This document shows positions 37,613-46,681 of a DNA stretch of 64,000 nucleotides, in pieces. The stretch is from sequence record PV037725.1. One strand, written 5' to 3'. Positions within the stretch are counted from its first letter, which is position 1; every line of letters starts with the position of its first letter. The notes beneath the pieces are model-generated. The model had not been told where the DNA came from, did not search any database, and saw only the letters and a program-made list of their open reading frames with translations. The position numbers and the translations under genes are program-made.

Positions 37613-38740
37613 ATGTTGTCATTAGCCACTCCAACTTTCACAGGCGTACCCAACGATACCGTCAAGAAGATTGACGTTTATAGTGACGTAGGTACAAACG
37701 TACAGAACAGCAAAGTTTCACAGGTATCTGCATTTGATACTAGTCTTGATGGGATCATCAGCGGGTCACTAAAAGCAATAAAGGGTATTGGTGCTGAACT
37801 CGACAATCGAGGTATCGATCTACCCACAGCTAAGAATCGGGTGCGTGATGCACTGGGTGGTTCTAGGTCTGCGATTACAGATATTTCTGAGATCTTAGAA
37901 CGTGGTATCATGGGTGACATGACTGGTACTGACCAAGGTACCGGTTACGTTCGTGGTGCCAACTCCATGATCGATTCTGTGTCGATGGTTATCAATGGCG
38001 CAGACCGTACATTTAACCAGGCTGGTTATAAGAACGTTACGGGTGTAATGGGTTTCATTAGTGACCTGACTAACAACCCCCTCATTAAGACCTTTGACCT
38101 TGGTGCAGAAGCCGCTTTGATTAAAGGTGTACTGACTGAGGTTAGTCAATGGGGTATCGCTGAGATAGTCGATGAGACCTTCGGAGCTAAATGGAATGAT
38201 ACCACTAAGCGGTATGATTATACGTACAGTGATGATTTCCGTTTCAGCGTAACCAAGCGCGCATCTGATTCGATCTCGCCATCAACTAACTTGAGTGTAA
38301 TTGAAGCGCTGATGTTGCATGGTGGTGACACAGCTCTAATTGCAGATAACCCATCGTTTCCTTTGCAGCTATTAGGTGGCTATGTATTACCTGAAGGTTG
38401 CATTCAAGGTGGACCGTATCCAGTTGATCCAGCTGTACCCTACGGACCACAAACCAAACCGAACTACGCTGACCAAGGTTACCGGTTACTCAACATCCTC
38501 AACAAACTTAAACCGAACTGGTTCTATGTAAACCGTACATACAGCACAGGGATTCCAGCTACACCCTTCGCTACCGATATTGTGTGGAACATGGAATACC
38601 TTACGTTGACCTCGGAAGCAGCTAGGTTGGTATTAGCTACTAACCCAGATCTACGTGATGCTATGTTAGCAGCCCAGTTTTATCGTGTAGAGTCTGGTGT
38701 AGCTATGTTGAAAAATATGTATCCATACATCGTTCTATAA
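37613..38740 (+). CDS. Virion structural protein (phiKZ gp174-like by synteny)
   Basis: ATG 37613; the track start at 37559 runs through a terminator. 375 aa, syntenic position upstream of the protease locus. Confidence 0.5.
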   Translation: MLSLATPTFTGVPNDTVKKIDVYSDVGTNVQNSKVSQVSAFDTSLDGIISGSLKAIKGIGAELDNRGIDLPTAKNRVRDALGGSRSAITDISEILERGIMGDMTGTDQGTGYVRGANSMIDSVSMVINGADRTFNQAGYKNVTGVMGFISDLTNNPLIKTFDLGAEAALIKGVLTEVSQWGIAEIVDETFGAKWNDTTKRYDYTYSDDFRFSVTKRASDSISPSTNLSVIEALMLHGGDTALIADNPSFPLQLLGGYVLPEGCIQGGPYPVDPAVPYGPQTKPNYADQGYRLLNILNKLKPNWFYVNRTYSTGIPATPFATDIVWNMEYLTLTSEAARLVLATNPDLRDAMLAAQFYRVESGVAMLKNMYPYIVL

Positions 38741-38741
38741 T

Positions 38742-38770
38742 GAAGCTTCCCTTCGGGGAGGCTTTATGCC
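38742..38770 (+). terminator. Terminator hairpin
   Basis: AAGCTTCCC-TTCG-GGGAGGCTT-TATGCC. Confidence 0.8.
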
Positions 38771-38793
38771 GTTATTAGAACCCCTTTAAGGAG

Positions 38794-38801
38794 TATATTA
38801 C
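38794..38801 (+). promoter_or_regulatory. phiKZ-type early promoter (TATATTAC)
   Basis: Exact octamer, intergenic, about 40 nt before ATG 38844. Confidence 0.7.
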
Positions 38802-38843
38802 TATTCTGAATCTAAGCCATTAAACCTGTAGGAGTTTAGGAAA

Positions 38844-39176
38844 ATGATGGAACAATTGATCAATCTGCAATTGGTAACACTGTTTAAGGAATACGTGAAA
38901 CACGTTACCCCAGAACAGCATGTGGAATCGACATTTCAGGATGCCCGACTGACTCCGGGTTTCCGTAAAGCGGAGGGGGACGCAACTCATGCGTACCTCA
39001 TCCAAATCTTCTTTGGCGATAGCGGCATTGTCGATGTCGTCGCTGAAGTGAGTATCAATGATGGCATTGAAGTAACGAATGCCTATGTTGATACTTATGG
39101 CAAGATCGCAACCTTTGGTCAGCTTCAGGAGATTGTAGCTGACGTGGCATACGAGATCTTTGTAGCCATTAAGTAA
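38844..39176 (+). CDS. Hypothetical early protein
   Basis: 110-aa ORF with AGGA RBS, downstream of an early promoter. Confidence 0.6.
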   Translation: MMEQLINLQLVTLFKEYVKHVTPEQHVESTFQDARLTPGFRKAEGDATHAYLIQIFFGDSGIVDVVAEVSINDGIEVTNAYVDTYGKIATFGQLQEIVADVAYEIFVAIK

Positions 39177-39194
39177 AGGAAAGCGTTTCAAGCC

Positions 39195-39202
39195 TATATT
39201 AC
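39195..39202 (+). promoter_or_regulatory. phiKZ-type early promoter (TATATTAC)
   Basis: Exact octamer in the intergenic gap after 39176. Confidence 0.65.
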
Positions 39203-39297
39203 AACTGTGCAATAACTACCCAAAGGAGGTGTACTATGTAGACATAACGTCTCAGAATACCTACGTCCAAAATCAGTTAATATCCGAGGGTAATACC

Positions 39298-39414
39298 ATG
39301 AGCACTAATCTCAAGTGGAAAATTGCTGGCATCGTGGCAGTAGGTTCGACCATTACGACTGTGGCCGTTCTCTACGTAGTAAAGAAGTCAACCGCAATGT
39401 GGGTTGACGTGTAA
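39298..39414 (+). CDS. 38-aa single-TM peptide
   Basis: ATG 39298 after GAGGG. MSTNLKWKIAGIVAVGSTITTVAVLYVVKKSTAMWVDV. Confidence 0.5.
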   Translation: MSTNLKWKIAGIVAVGSTITTVAVLYVVKKSTAMWVDV

Positions 39415-39492
39415 TCTAGGTGTAACGGATTACGCCTTAACTAGCGTGCTATGGCCCTCAATGATGGGGGCCATAGTTTGGAGCAATCGATC

Positions 39493-40269
39493 ATGGATAA
39501 ACAATATGTTAAACATTACATCTTAGCAACGTATGGCAATACATCGGCTCTGGATTACAGGGCTAATGCAATGGCGGAGTTGTTGAGTCGGTATGACCTT
39601 TTATCCGAAAGGATTATCAACGCATTGGCAAAGAACGGTATTGAGCACCCAGAACGTTTGATCACTTACACGTTCAGAATGCTGGGTGATCACCACGACG
39701 ATATGTTCAACCGTCGTGAACTGGTCAATGTAGATATCTTAGCTTTGAAAGCTGATATTAATAGCTTTCCATGGAGTGACTATGGCTGGGTTCAAGCGTT
39801 CCAACCGCTCATCGACATCGCGGGATACACTATTGTCGAAATCGATCTGGAGTATCAGTCGTTTGGGCCAGAAGTTTCAGCGAACCTGGAATTCATCCAA
39901 CCCTGTTTCAGGATCTATGAAAAAGGGCGCCCTGAGTTCGTCAAAGGTGGCTTCACTAGTGCGCATGATCGCGAAGGTGGGGAAACGGGCGACGACGTTC
40001 ACGAAGGCATTTTTTCGGCCTGTGGACGACTAATAAAGGATAACGTTCCAACCGTCATTGCCATTGGTAGTGCGCTAACAACATTGCTTGTAGTCTGGAA
40101 AACTACAAGTGACATGGCGCATGACCTTGAAGAAAAATCGCAAATGGCTAATGACATCTTGCATCACATTGAGGACACAATCGATGATGCTATCGAATTA
40201 CCTCAAGTCGTCAAAGTCGAGTTTCCAGACGATAGCGAAGTTATCGGTACGGGTCGACGTAGTTGGTAA
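39493..40269 (+). CDS. Hypothetical protein with a fused C-terminal TM module
   Basis: ATG 39493 after GGAG. The last ~80 aa align with the 33388..33645 product. Confidence 0.6.
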   Translation: MDKQYVKHYILATYGNTSALDYRANAMAELLSRYDLLSERIINALAKNGIEHPERLITYTFRMLGDHHDDMFNRRELVNVDILALKADINSFPWSDYGWVQAFQPLIDIAGYTIVEIDLEYQSFGPEVSANLEFIQPCFRIYEKGRPEFVKGGFTSAHDREGGETGDDVHEGIFSACGRLIKDNVPTVIAIGSALTTLLVVWKTTSDMAHDLEEKSQMANDILHHIEDTIDDAIELPQVVKVEFPDDSEVIGTGRRSW

Positions 40270-40276
40270 TCCATTT

Positions 40277-40304
40277 AGCCCCTTCAGAAGGAGGGGCTTT
40301 TTAT
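40277..40304 (+). terminator. Intrinsic terminator
   Basis: AGCCCCTTC-AGAA-GGAGGGGCT-TTTTATT. Confidence 0.75.
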
Positions 40305-40318
40305 TCCTTAGGACTTAT

Positions 40319-40624
40319 ATGAACATTGCAACTGAAACCCGTATCTTCGCTAAACTGCTGGAACTGCTGTTGCAACACCAAATTAAAGAAGGTGAGCTAC
40401 GTACGTGGTGGGATAACGGCGTATTCACTTATAGCATTCCTGGCGCAGCGCCTGAGGTGGCTGTGTCGTTCGCTGACTTTGATCACTTTGAACTGGTCTG
40501 CCGTGAACGTGAGAACGCCGATGTAGATGAACGCTTCATCGTACCTGACGACGTCACCGATGAAGAACTGGTCGAGATCATCGAAGACACTATTCAATAC
40601 ATCCTCACCACTCAACCAAGCTAA
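40319..40624 (+). CDS. Hypothetical acidic protein
   Basis: ATG 40319 after AGGA; the track start at 40109 overlaps the previous gene and a terminator. Confidence 0.6.
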   Translation: MNIATETRIFAKLLELLLQHQIKEGELRTWWDNGVFTYSIPGAAPEVAVSFADFDHFELVCRERENADVDERFIVPDDVTDEELVEIIEDTIQYILTTQPS

Positions 40625-40633
40625 GGGCCGATA

Positions 40634-40873
40634 ATGGAAATCATTGATTCGATTCAACACCTCGAATTGACCTACCGCATTGCAATCTTCGGTTTGCTGG
40701 TAGCGGTGGGGTTGTTTACCATGCGAGATTACATCACTGAATGTGTTACACTGTTACCATACACTCTCGGTGAATGTGTAGATACCTTCTTTGGTGTCGC
40801 ATTGATGGCGGGCGTTGTTTCGGCAATGGTCGGCGCTATTCGCTTTGGTGTACAAATCATCTTCGGGGTGTAA
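40634..40873 (+). CDS. Small two-TM membrane protein
   Basis: IAIFGLLVAVGLFTM and FFGVALMAGVVSAMVGAIRFGVQIIFGV. Confidence 0.6.
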   Translation: MEIIDSIQHLELTYRIAIFGLLVAVGLFTMRDYITECVTLLPYTLGECVDTFFGVALMAGVVSAMVGAIRFGVQIIFGV

Positions 40874-40874
40874 C

Positions 40875-41279
40875 GTGACTGCATTTATTCAGAAAATCGT
40901 CGAGTCCAGCCTGTATGGCGTGATTCGCGCGTACAACGAATGGCTTGGTCCTGAACACCACATTGTGCGTACCCCAACTATCTTGGGTGACAACAAGATC
41001 ATGACTTTCCATATCGACCGTACTGAGAAAACCTACATCAATTGGTTGGTATGGACCGTTCATGGTTTCGAAGCACCTGATGGTTCTGCCACGATAATAC
41101 GCGTACGCGCCAAGGTTTCAGGTACCGACATCTTTAAGGTCGATGTCGAATCTACTGCTGGGATCACAATCGCCGACGGGCTGACGTTTAATAACTACGT
41201 CTTGAAAGACCTTCATGACGAATTGTCAGCATACACAGTCCGCGAAGGCTGGGACGCAGAAAACATTAATCTTTATTAA
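40875..41279 (+). CDS. Hypothetical protein
   Basis: GTG 40875 directly after the upstream TAA. Confidence 0.55.
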   Translation: MTAFIQKIVESSLYGVIRAYNEWLGPEHHIVRTPTILGDNKIMTFHIDRTEKTYINWLVWTVHGFEAPDGSATIIRVRAKVSGTDIFKVDVESTAGITIADGLTFNNYVLKDLHDELSAYTVREGWDAENINLY

Positions 41280-41291
41280 GAGGGTAGTAAC

Positions 41292-41720
41292 ATGAAAATA
41301 GAACATCGTAAAGACATCATCCTGACCCTCCTGCACACGTACACGTTGTCGGTGCGTCATCTGATGCCGGGTCGTTCAGATCGTGCACTGTTTCATCGAT
41401 TGATCGATGCCACCCAACCTACTGGGTACAAGATCTTCGAAAAGCGCGACGACGGTCGGCACTTCATCGCCAATATCCAAACGGGTGATGGTCCAGTACG
41501 AGTACTGACGGTGTTCGACAACGTTATCTCGGGTAAGTTAGATGTCGACCTGGATAGCCCGATGCCAGATGCGTTGGAAGATGATGTGTTCATCACACTC
41601 TTCAAATGCCTCAGTATTGCGGTAGGCATCACGGTCAGTGAGTTGGCCAGCCACACGGACAAGAACACCTCTGCATTGGCTTTGGCCATCGCAGCTCGTG
41701 CAGCGAATATGCAACCGTAA
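41292..41720 (+). CDS. Hypothetical protein
   Basis: 142-aa ORF after GAGGG RBS. Confidence 0.55.
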   Translation: MKIEHRKDIILTLLHTYTLSVRHLMPGRSDRALFHRLIDATQPTGYKIFEKRDDGRHFIANIQTGDGPVRVLTVFDNVISGKLDVDLDSPMPDALEDDVFITLFKCLSIAVGITVSELASHTDKNTSALALAIAARAANMQP

Positions 41721-41727
41721 TAGAACA

Positions 41728-41765
41728 CGGCATAAAGCCCCTACCTTCGGGTAGGGGCAATATGT
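41728..41765. terminator. Terminator hairpin between convergent genes
   Basis: CGGCATAAA-GCCCCTACC-TTCG-GGTAGGGGC-AATATGTT. The GCTTTATGCCG signature is on the minus strand. Confidence 0.85.
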
Positions 41766-41777
41766 TATTTTTTTGTT

Positions 41778-42470
41778 TCAGAATGGTACTGGCGTGTAGT
41801 TATTGGAATAACGTGCATACCCACTGAATCGGATAGGTCCAACCTTTAACGTACATGCACCCATCGCACTGTTCCTACCTATAACCAGATATTTAACGGT
41901 TTTAAGTAGTGGTGTTACAGGTATGTCGTATGTGTTGTAGGTAGCTGCTTGCCCAACGGCTACAGCTTGCTTAACGCCATCGAAATACAAGTTGATGTTA
42001 GTACCCACCTTAACCAGAGCAACACGGTGAACAGTTCGCATTCCAGTCCGACGGAGGTTAGGACTATAGACACCATTGATCTGATCTGACGTTGCAATAC
42101 TAAACCGGTCATTAAAAGCCGACTGACTGTAGCGTGTATAGTAACCCGGAGCATTTAGTGCACTGGTCAATGATATCTCACCGATGTATTGTGCAGCATC
42201 TGCCCCGGTGATAACTGCGCTATATTCTAAAGTCCAATTAGACAATGTTAAGTCAACAGTCGTGTCAAATGCGATATTGGTATTATTCAGACTACCGAGA
42301 CTACCACCTAGTGTGACGCCATCAATCGAGGGTGTAACCTCGTATGTAACGTCTGTTCCCAAATTAATGGTGTACGATGGAAATAGATCAGAGCCAACTA
42401 CATTAAATAACTGTGTTGTTAGCTCGACCGGCGGACTTAATTGGTTAGTTGACAATAACAAGTCCATCAT
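41778..42470 (-). CDS. Concanavalin-A/LamG-like lectin-fold protein, probably virion-surface
   Basis: HRVALVKVGTNINLYFDGV...LVIGR...IRFSGYARYSNNYTP matches LamG-type domains of phage fibre/decoration proteins. Confidence 0.7.
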   Translation of the reverse strand: MMDLLLSTNQLSPPVELTTQLFNVVGSDLFPSYTINLGTDVTYEVTPSIDGVTLGGSLGSLNNTNIAFDTTVDLTLSNWTLEYSAVITGADAAQYIGEISLTSALNAPGYYTRYSQSAFNDRFSIATSDQINGVYSPNLRRTGMRTVHRVALVKVGTNINLYFDGVKQAVAVGQAATYNTYDIPVTPLLKTVKYLVIGRNSAMGACTLKVGPIRFSGYARYSNNYTPVPF

Positions 42471-42476
42471 CGTTAA

Positions 42477-43343
42477 TCACCCACGTAGCCAGTTAGGCTG
42501 ACGGATACCGCGAGCACGTTCCCAACCCAACGAGTGGATCAAGTCAGATACGTCATGTACCACCGACTCAAGACCAAGGTTAGTACGACGCTGAGCTTCG
42601 TCCTGCAAGCGCCAGAGAGTATCTGGAGTGATGATGCGCTCTGGTTTACATTCAGCCTCAGAGAAGCCCTCAAGAGCTGGAGAGGTATATTTGTTAGCTG
42701 TGAAGATACCGCCCTCACCAACGAAGTCCCAAGTTGAGATTTCACGAGTGTACTTAACACCACGGTAAGGATCATCTTGAGTGATGGACCTCACCGAGCA
42801 ATAAGTATTGATACTAGGGTTATCCAGAGAGTCTTTGAATACTTTAGCGTAAGGACCGTATGGCTTGGCTTCAGCAATTACCATAGTAACTGGCTTACCT
42901 TCCTCATTCTTACCCGGCATCAAAGTCAGGTTACGAACGTGGGCACACACACGGTTATCATCAATCTGACGAATACGGCAAAGGTACTCAGTATCAGACA
43001 TTGGTTTACGAACTACACGACCATCGATCAGTAAGTCAACGAACGGCTCAGGGTGTTTGAATTCCATGAACAGAACGCCTTTCTTCAATCGGCGCATAAG
43101 AGCACTGTTGGGTTCGAACATAGCTCGACCCGAGGCTTCATCGTAAAACATACCAGCGGAGTTATGAGTGCCATAACTACCAACCACCAGAGTGTAATAA
43201 CCTTGAGCGTCAGCTGGAAGGATACCACGTTTGTTAGTGCCAGCCAACATAGCACACCCAACTGTAACAGCCGAGTGTGATGTCGGAACCTGACCCATTT
43301 GGTTGGGGATCGTGCGACCCGCAACAATACCATTCAGATTCAT
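42477..43343 (-). CDS. Prohead (head maturation) serine protease (phiKZ gp175-like)
   Basis: LFMEFKHP (His), VCAHV, YCSVRS (Ser), ISTWDFVGEGG. C-terminal self-cleavage-type motifs PALEG and GLES. Syntenic position. Confidence 0.8.
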   Translation of the reverse strand: MNLNGIVAGRTIPNQMGQVPTSHSAVTVGCAMLAGTNKRGILPADAQGYYTLVVGSYGTHNSAGMFYDEASGRAMFEPNSALMRRLKKGVLFMEFKHPEPFVDLLIDGRVVRKPMSDTEYLCRIRQIDDNRVCAHVRNLTLMPGKNEEGKPVTMVIAEAKPYGPYAKVFKDSLDNPSINTYCSVRSITQDDPYRGVKYTREISTWDFVGEGGIFTANKYTSPALEGFSEAECKPERIITPDTLWRLQDEAQRRTNLGLESVVHDVSDLIHSLGWERARGIRQPNWLRG

Positions 43344-43356
43344 AAGAACATTCCGA

Positions 43357-44076
43357 TTAAGTACGGAGCAATTCCTCGATAAGCTCAACTGTCTGACTAG
43401 GGTTAACCAGTGCAGAGTTGATACCTTCGGTGTAATAAGCGCCGTTGAGTTTAGAAGTAGTATCGGAGGTGTTCCAAATAACAGATCGGAAAGGTACGGT
43501 AACTGGGGGTTTAGTTAGTACGTCTTCCGGCCTTGCTAGGATATGCCGATACAGCCGATTCATATCATCGGGATCTCGAGCGATAGAACTGATAATCAAC
43601 TCGATTACAGCGCGACCCCCAAGGTTAACCCCAGCATGTTCATCAGCGGTGTCAAACATGTTAGCGATGTCGAAATAGTTCATGTACCAAGGGATGTTAC
43701 CTTTAGCAATGAACTGGTCGTACATGTAGTAAGTCAGGGTGTCTGTCACAACCAATGCGGTTGAATAGATAACAGTGTCCCCAGCTTCAAACTGGAATTC
43801 GATATAAGGCTCGTCTTTAATGACAACCTTTTCGGTGGAGTTAGGAACGATACGCATCATAGCGATTGTCTTGTTTACTGCATACCGGTCACCCATGATG
43901 ATAGGGAAGAAACCGAAAATAAAAACCTCACTGCCAATGACAGCGAGGTTCTTAGCAGTATACGATTCAGGGATCTGAATCCGACAAGGTTCGCTACAGA
44001 CAATCGAGCCAGACTCATTTCGATGCAGACGTGCTTTCACGTATTCGGCATCACGCTTGAGTTGGAAGATATCCAT
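43357..44076 (-). CDS. Probable virion RNAP beta' C-terminal fragment (phiKZ gp176-like)
   Basis: C-terminal ISSIARDP...VPFRSVIWNTSDTTSKLNGAYYTEGINSAL resembles the end of beta' (GITKASL.T.S..SAASFQET..VL..AA). Syntenic position. Confidence 0.6.
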   Translation of the reverse strand: MDIFQLKRDAEYVKARLHRNESGSIVCSEPCRIQIPESYTAKNLAVIGSEVFIFGFFPIIMGDRYAVNKTIAMMRIVPNSTEKVVIKDEPYIEFQFEAGDTVIYSTALVVTDTLTYYMYDQFIAKGNIPWYMNYFDIANMFDTADEHAGVNLGGRAVIELIISSIARDPDDMNRLYRHILARPEDVLTKPPVTVPFRSVIWNTSDTTSKLNGAYYTEGINSALVNPSQTVELIEELLRT

Positions 44077-44079
44077 GGA

Positions 44080-44403
44080 TTACCCTTGGTATTGTTTGAT
44101 AATTTTATTTAATGTCTTAGTGGTATCTTTGATCAGCTTGAGACGATCTTTCTCATTTTGACCATACCAGCTATTACATAGTTCATCGTAGGCTCGCTCA
44201 CCATCGTCTTTACCGCTAGTTACACTATTGGCTTTGATGTACAGATCAACGAGTTTCTTACCCTCGATCGGGTGGTCCTTAACGGCCAGGGTGATCCAAT
44301 TAGATTGGCAACCCGCATCTAGCAATGCTTGCTGTTCTTTTGACCTACTTGGCTCAATGGCTTCCAAACTTAAACAAAACAAATTGCTCGATGTTAATTT
44401 CAT
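44080..44403 (-). CDS. Small hypothetical protein, possibly head-associated
   Basis: ATGA-coupled to the upstream ORF; LSLE|A protease-type motif near the N-terminus. Confidence 0.5.
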   Translation of the reverse strand: MKLTSSNLFCLSLEAIEPSRSKEQQALLDAGCQSNWITLAVKDHPIEGKKLVDLYIKANSVTSGKDDGERAYDELCNSWYGQNEKDRLKLIKDTTKTLNKIIKQYQG

Positions 44404-44642
44404 ACCTGACCTAACTTTTCTCTGAGTGTGTCATGAAATTTCTTAGCACCAGCAGCTTGCGCGTACGACTCTTTACGTTTACGTTCTTCAAACATTAACG
44501 GTGAGCCTTGGTGTATGTCTTGCAAGCGTGCAACGCGGTCAGGTAGATCGAATGTTGGGTCAATCCCCTCGGCGTCACAAGCTCTTGCAGCAGCGGTGTA
44601 AGCATCTTCTTTAGTGAAGAATTGTGGTCCAGCCTTCTGCAT
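44400..44642 (-). CDS. Hypothetical 80-aa protein, or frameshift extension of the upstream head protein
   Basis: ATG 44642 after GAGGA. The frame stays open upstream past 44741 and overlaps a slippery heptamer. Confidence 0.5.
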   Translation of the reverse strand: MQKAGPQFFTKEDAYTAAARACDAEGIDPTFDLPDRVARLQDIHQGSPLMFEERKRKESYAQAAGAKKFHDTLREKLGQV

Positions 44643-44734
44643 AGTTTCCTCTATAGGTTCACCCCGTCGCTCTTGCAAGCGAGCGAGGCGTCTCTGTAGT
44701 TCTTCAGGTCCCCATGCTTCAGTTGAAGTCTGGC

Positions 44735-46681
44735 TTAAGCTAAAGGGGTATCATCCTCTTCGTCTTCAGCAGTTTCTTCTTCCTCGGCTTCCTTAGGCTG
44801 TTCAGCGGCTTCATCTACAGTGGAGTTGTCAGCGTCAGCTTCTTCATCCCCAGCTTCGGATTCCTCTTCTTCGGTCTCAGTTTCCGCAGTGTCCGATTCG
44901 GAGTCTCCCAGTTCAGCGTAAGGATCTTCTTCATCGTCTTCACCTGCACCAAAGTCAGAATCGTCTTCGATAGTTTCAGATTCATCAGTACCGTCTAAAC
45001 CATTTGTCCCACTAGGGCCGTCGGTACCCACCACACCTTCCTCAACAACCTCAGTAGTTTCACTGAACTCGCCACCGTCTTCAACTACGTCGGTAGTCTC
45101 AGTTTCAGCAAAGTCGCCAGATTGTTCACTAACGTCAGTTACTTCAGCGGTTTCTTCACCATCACTATCGAAGTCCACTACAGCCAACAGACCGGAGTCA
45201 TCAATAGCACCACCTTCAGCAACAGCATTAGGATCGATCTCTGGAATGAATTCCTCAATCAGGATCTGCTTGGACAGGAACAATGCAACCAGACTCAAAG
45301 TAGCCTGAGTGTTCAGTTCACGCACGGTAGCTTTAGGGAAGTCTTGACCCAACGAATCGATAGCGTCAAGGTATTCGAAGTAAGTGTCTTCAGGGAAGTA
45401 CACACGGCAGATCAGAGTGGAGAACACTTTGTACGGGTTCTCGTAATCATCACGACGCAAATAGCGCAGCGAGTCTTTCAACTTAGCTTCGATGTCTTGA
45501 GACCAACGATCTTTCAGCAAGTCGCCATGTGCAACTTCACGGAAAGTGGAGATCACGTTATTGATGCACTGCCGCTCAGCATAATCAATAGCCGACTGTT
45601 TGATCATCGGATAGATTGCATGCCACCGAGCAATGAACTTGTCAGCACCAGCTTCAATGTGACGAAGGTTAGTTACACCAGTGTTCTCAATGGCTGCACC
45701 CAGTACGGCTTGGAAGTCACCACCGCCAACGATCCATGGATCGAATACGTCACCGTTTACAACTACTACAGCACGACGAGTTTCGATCGGGCTGATAGCT
45801 TCGTTACGCAGGATCAACTCACCGTCTTCACGTGCTTCAATACGACGCAGGTAAGCGCGCATCAAATAGAAACCGAACATCTCGTGCATCAGTTTCATGG
45901 TGTGTTGCCAATCTTCCAGATCAACCGATTGACCAGGAGTCTGCTCAGGGTTATCGATGTAGTGACCACAGATGAAGTAAGCGGTCAGAATATCGTCAAC
46001 GTTAAACGGGGCATTGGTAGCCGACAGATAAGGCAGACCTGCGGGTACTACTGGACCTGGCTGACCAAACAGACTAGTCCATACAGCGACGATACGGTCA
46101 GAACCAACTTGCAGTGCCCACTCAGTAACTTCTTCTTGTTCGAGATGCGGGTTATTGATAGCCATCATTTCAATGACAGCGTCAGCAGTAACTGGATGCA
46201 GCTCGTAAGAATCGTAGGTCTCTTTAGGACGTACGTTTACATAGCGGGTATTGACGTGGTTAACCAGTACAGGACTATCGTGAGGAGCCAGATAGCGCCA
46301 AGGCTTAACAGCGTACTCAGCTTGAGAAACAGTTTGTTGCATACCAGCATAAGTTTGATGCATCGCCTTAACAGCAGGAACGATAATGTTCGAGGTGTTA
46401 AACTGAATCTTAGAGATTGCATTAAACAGGTTGTTAACTACCGATTCACGGGAGTCATCACCAGCTGGGGTGGAATCTTGGTTGATCTCGTCAAAGTGCT
46501 CTTCAACAGCAACCATTTCCTGATCAGGCAATGGAGTGTTAGTTGGTTCAGCGTCTACTTGATAGGTATCGGCAAATACAGCCAAGGGGAACTCTGGGTT
46601 CCCCAAGGTCAGTACTTTACCTTCCCGAGTCAACTGTTGTGCGCCGTCGCGTACTGCGTCAAGAGTTTCGGTCTGGTACAT
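44735..46681 (-). CDS. Head/ejection protein with a hyper-acidic C-terminal tail (phiKZ gp177-like)
   Basis: 648 aa; the last ~150 aa are dominated by D/E. Lies between the protease and RNAP genes. Confidence 0.6.
   Translation of the reverse strand: MYQTETLDAVRDGAQQLTREGKVLTLGNPEFPLAVFADTYQVDAEPTNTPLPDQEMVAVEEHFDEINQDSTPAGDDSRESVVNNLFNAISKIQFNTSNIIVPAVKAMHQTYAGMQQTVSQAEYAVKPWRYLAPHDSPVLVNHVNTRYVNVRPKETYDSYELHPVTADAVIEMMAINNPHLEQEEVTEWALQVGSDRIVAVWTSLFGQPGPVVPAGLPYLSATNAPFNVDDILTAYFICGHYIDNPEQTPGQSVDLEDWQHTMKLMHEMFGFYLMRAYLRRIEAREDGELILRNEAISPIETRRAVVVVNGDVFDPWIVGGGDFQAVLGAAIENTGVTNLRHIEAGADKFIARWHAIYPMIKQSAIDYAERQCINNVISTFREVAHGDLLKDRWSQDIEAKLKDSLRYLRRDDYENPYKVFSTLICRVYFPEDTYFEYLDAIDSLGQDFPKATVRELNTQATLSLVALFLSKQILIEEFIPEIDPNAVAEGGAIDDSGLLAVVDFDSDGEETAEVTDVSEQSGDFAETETTDVVEDGGEFSETTEVVEEGVVGTDGPSGTNGLDGTDESETIEDDSDFGAGEDDEEDPYAELGDSESDTAETETEEEESEAGDEEADADNSTVDEAAEQPKEAEEEETAEDEEDDTPLA
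44741..44747 (-). promoter_or_regulatory. Candidate -1 ribosomal frameshift heptamer C CCU UUA
   Basis: In-frame X XXY YYZ in ...ACC CCT TTA GCT TAA. The -1 frame is open for 113 codons. Confidence 0.45.
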
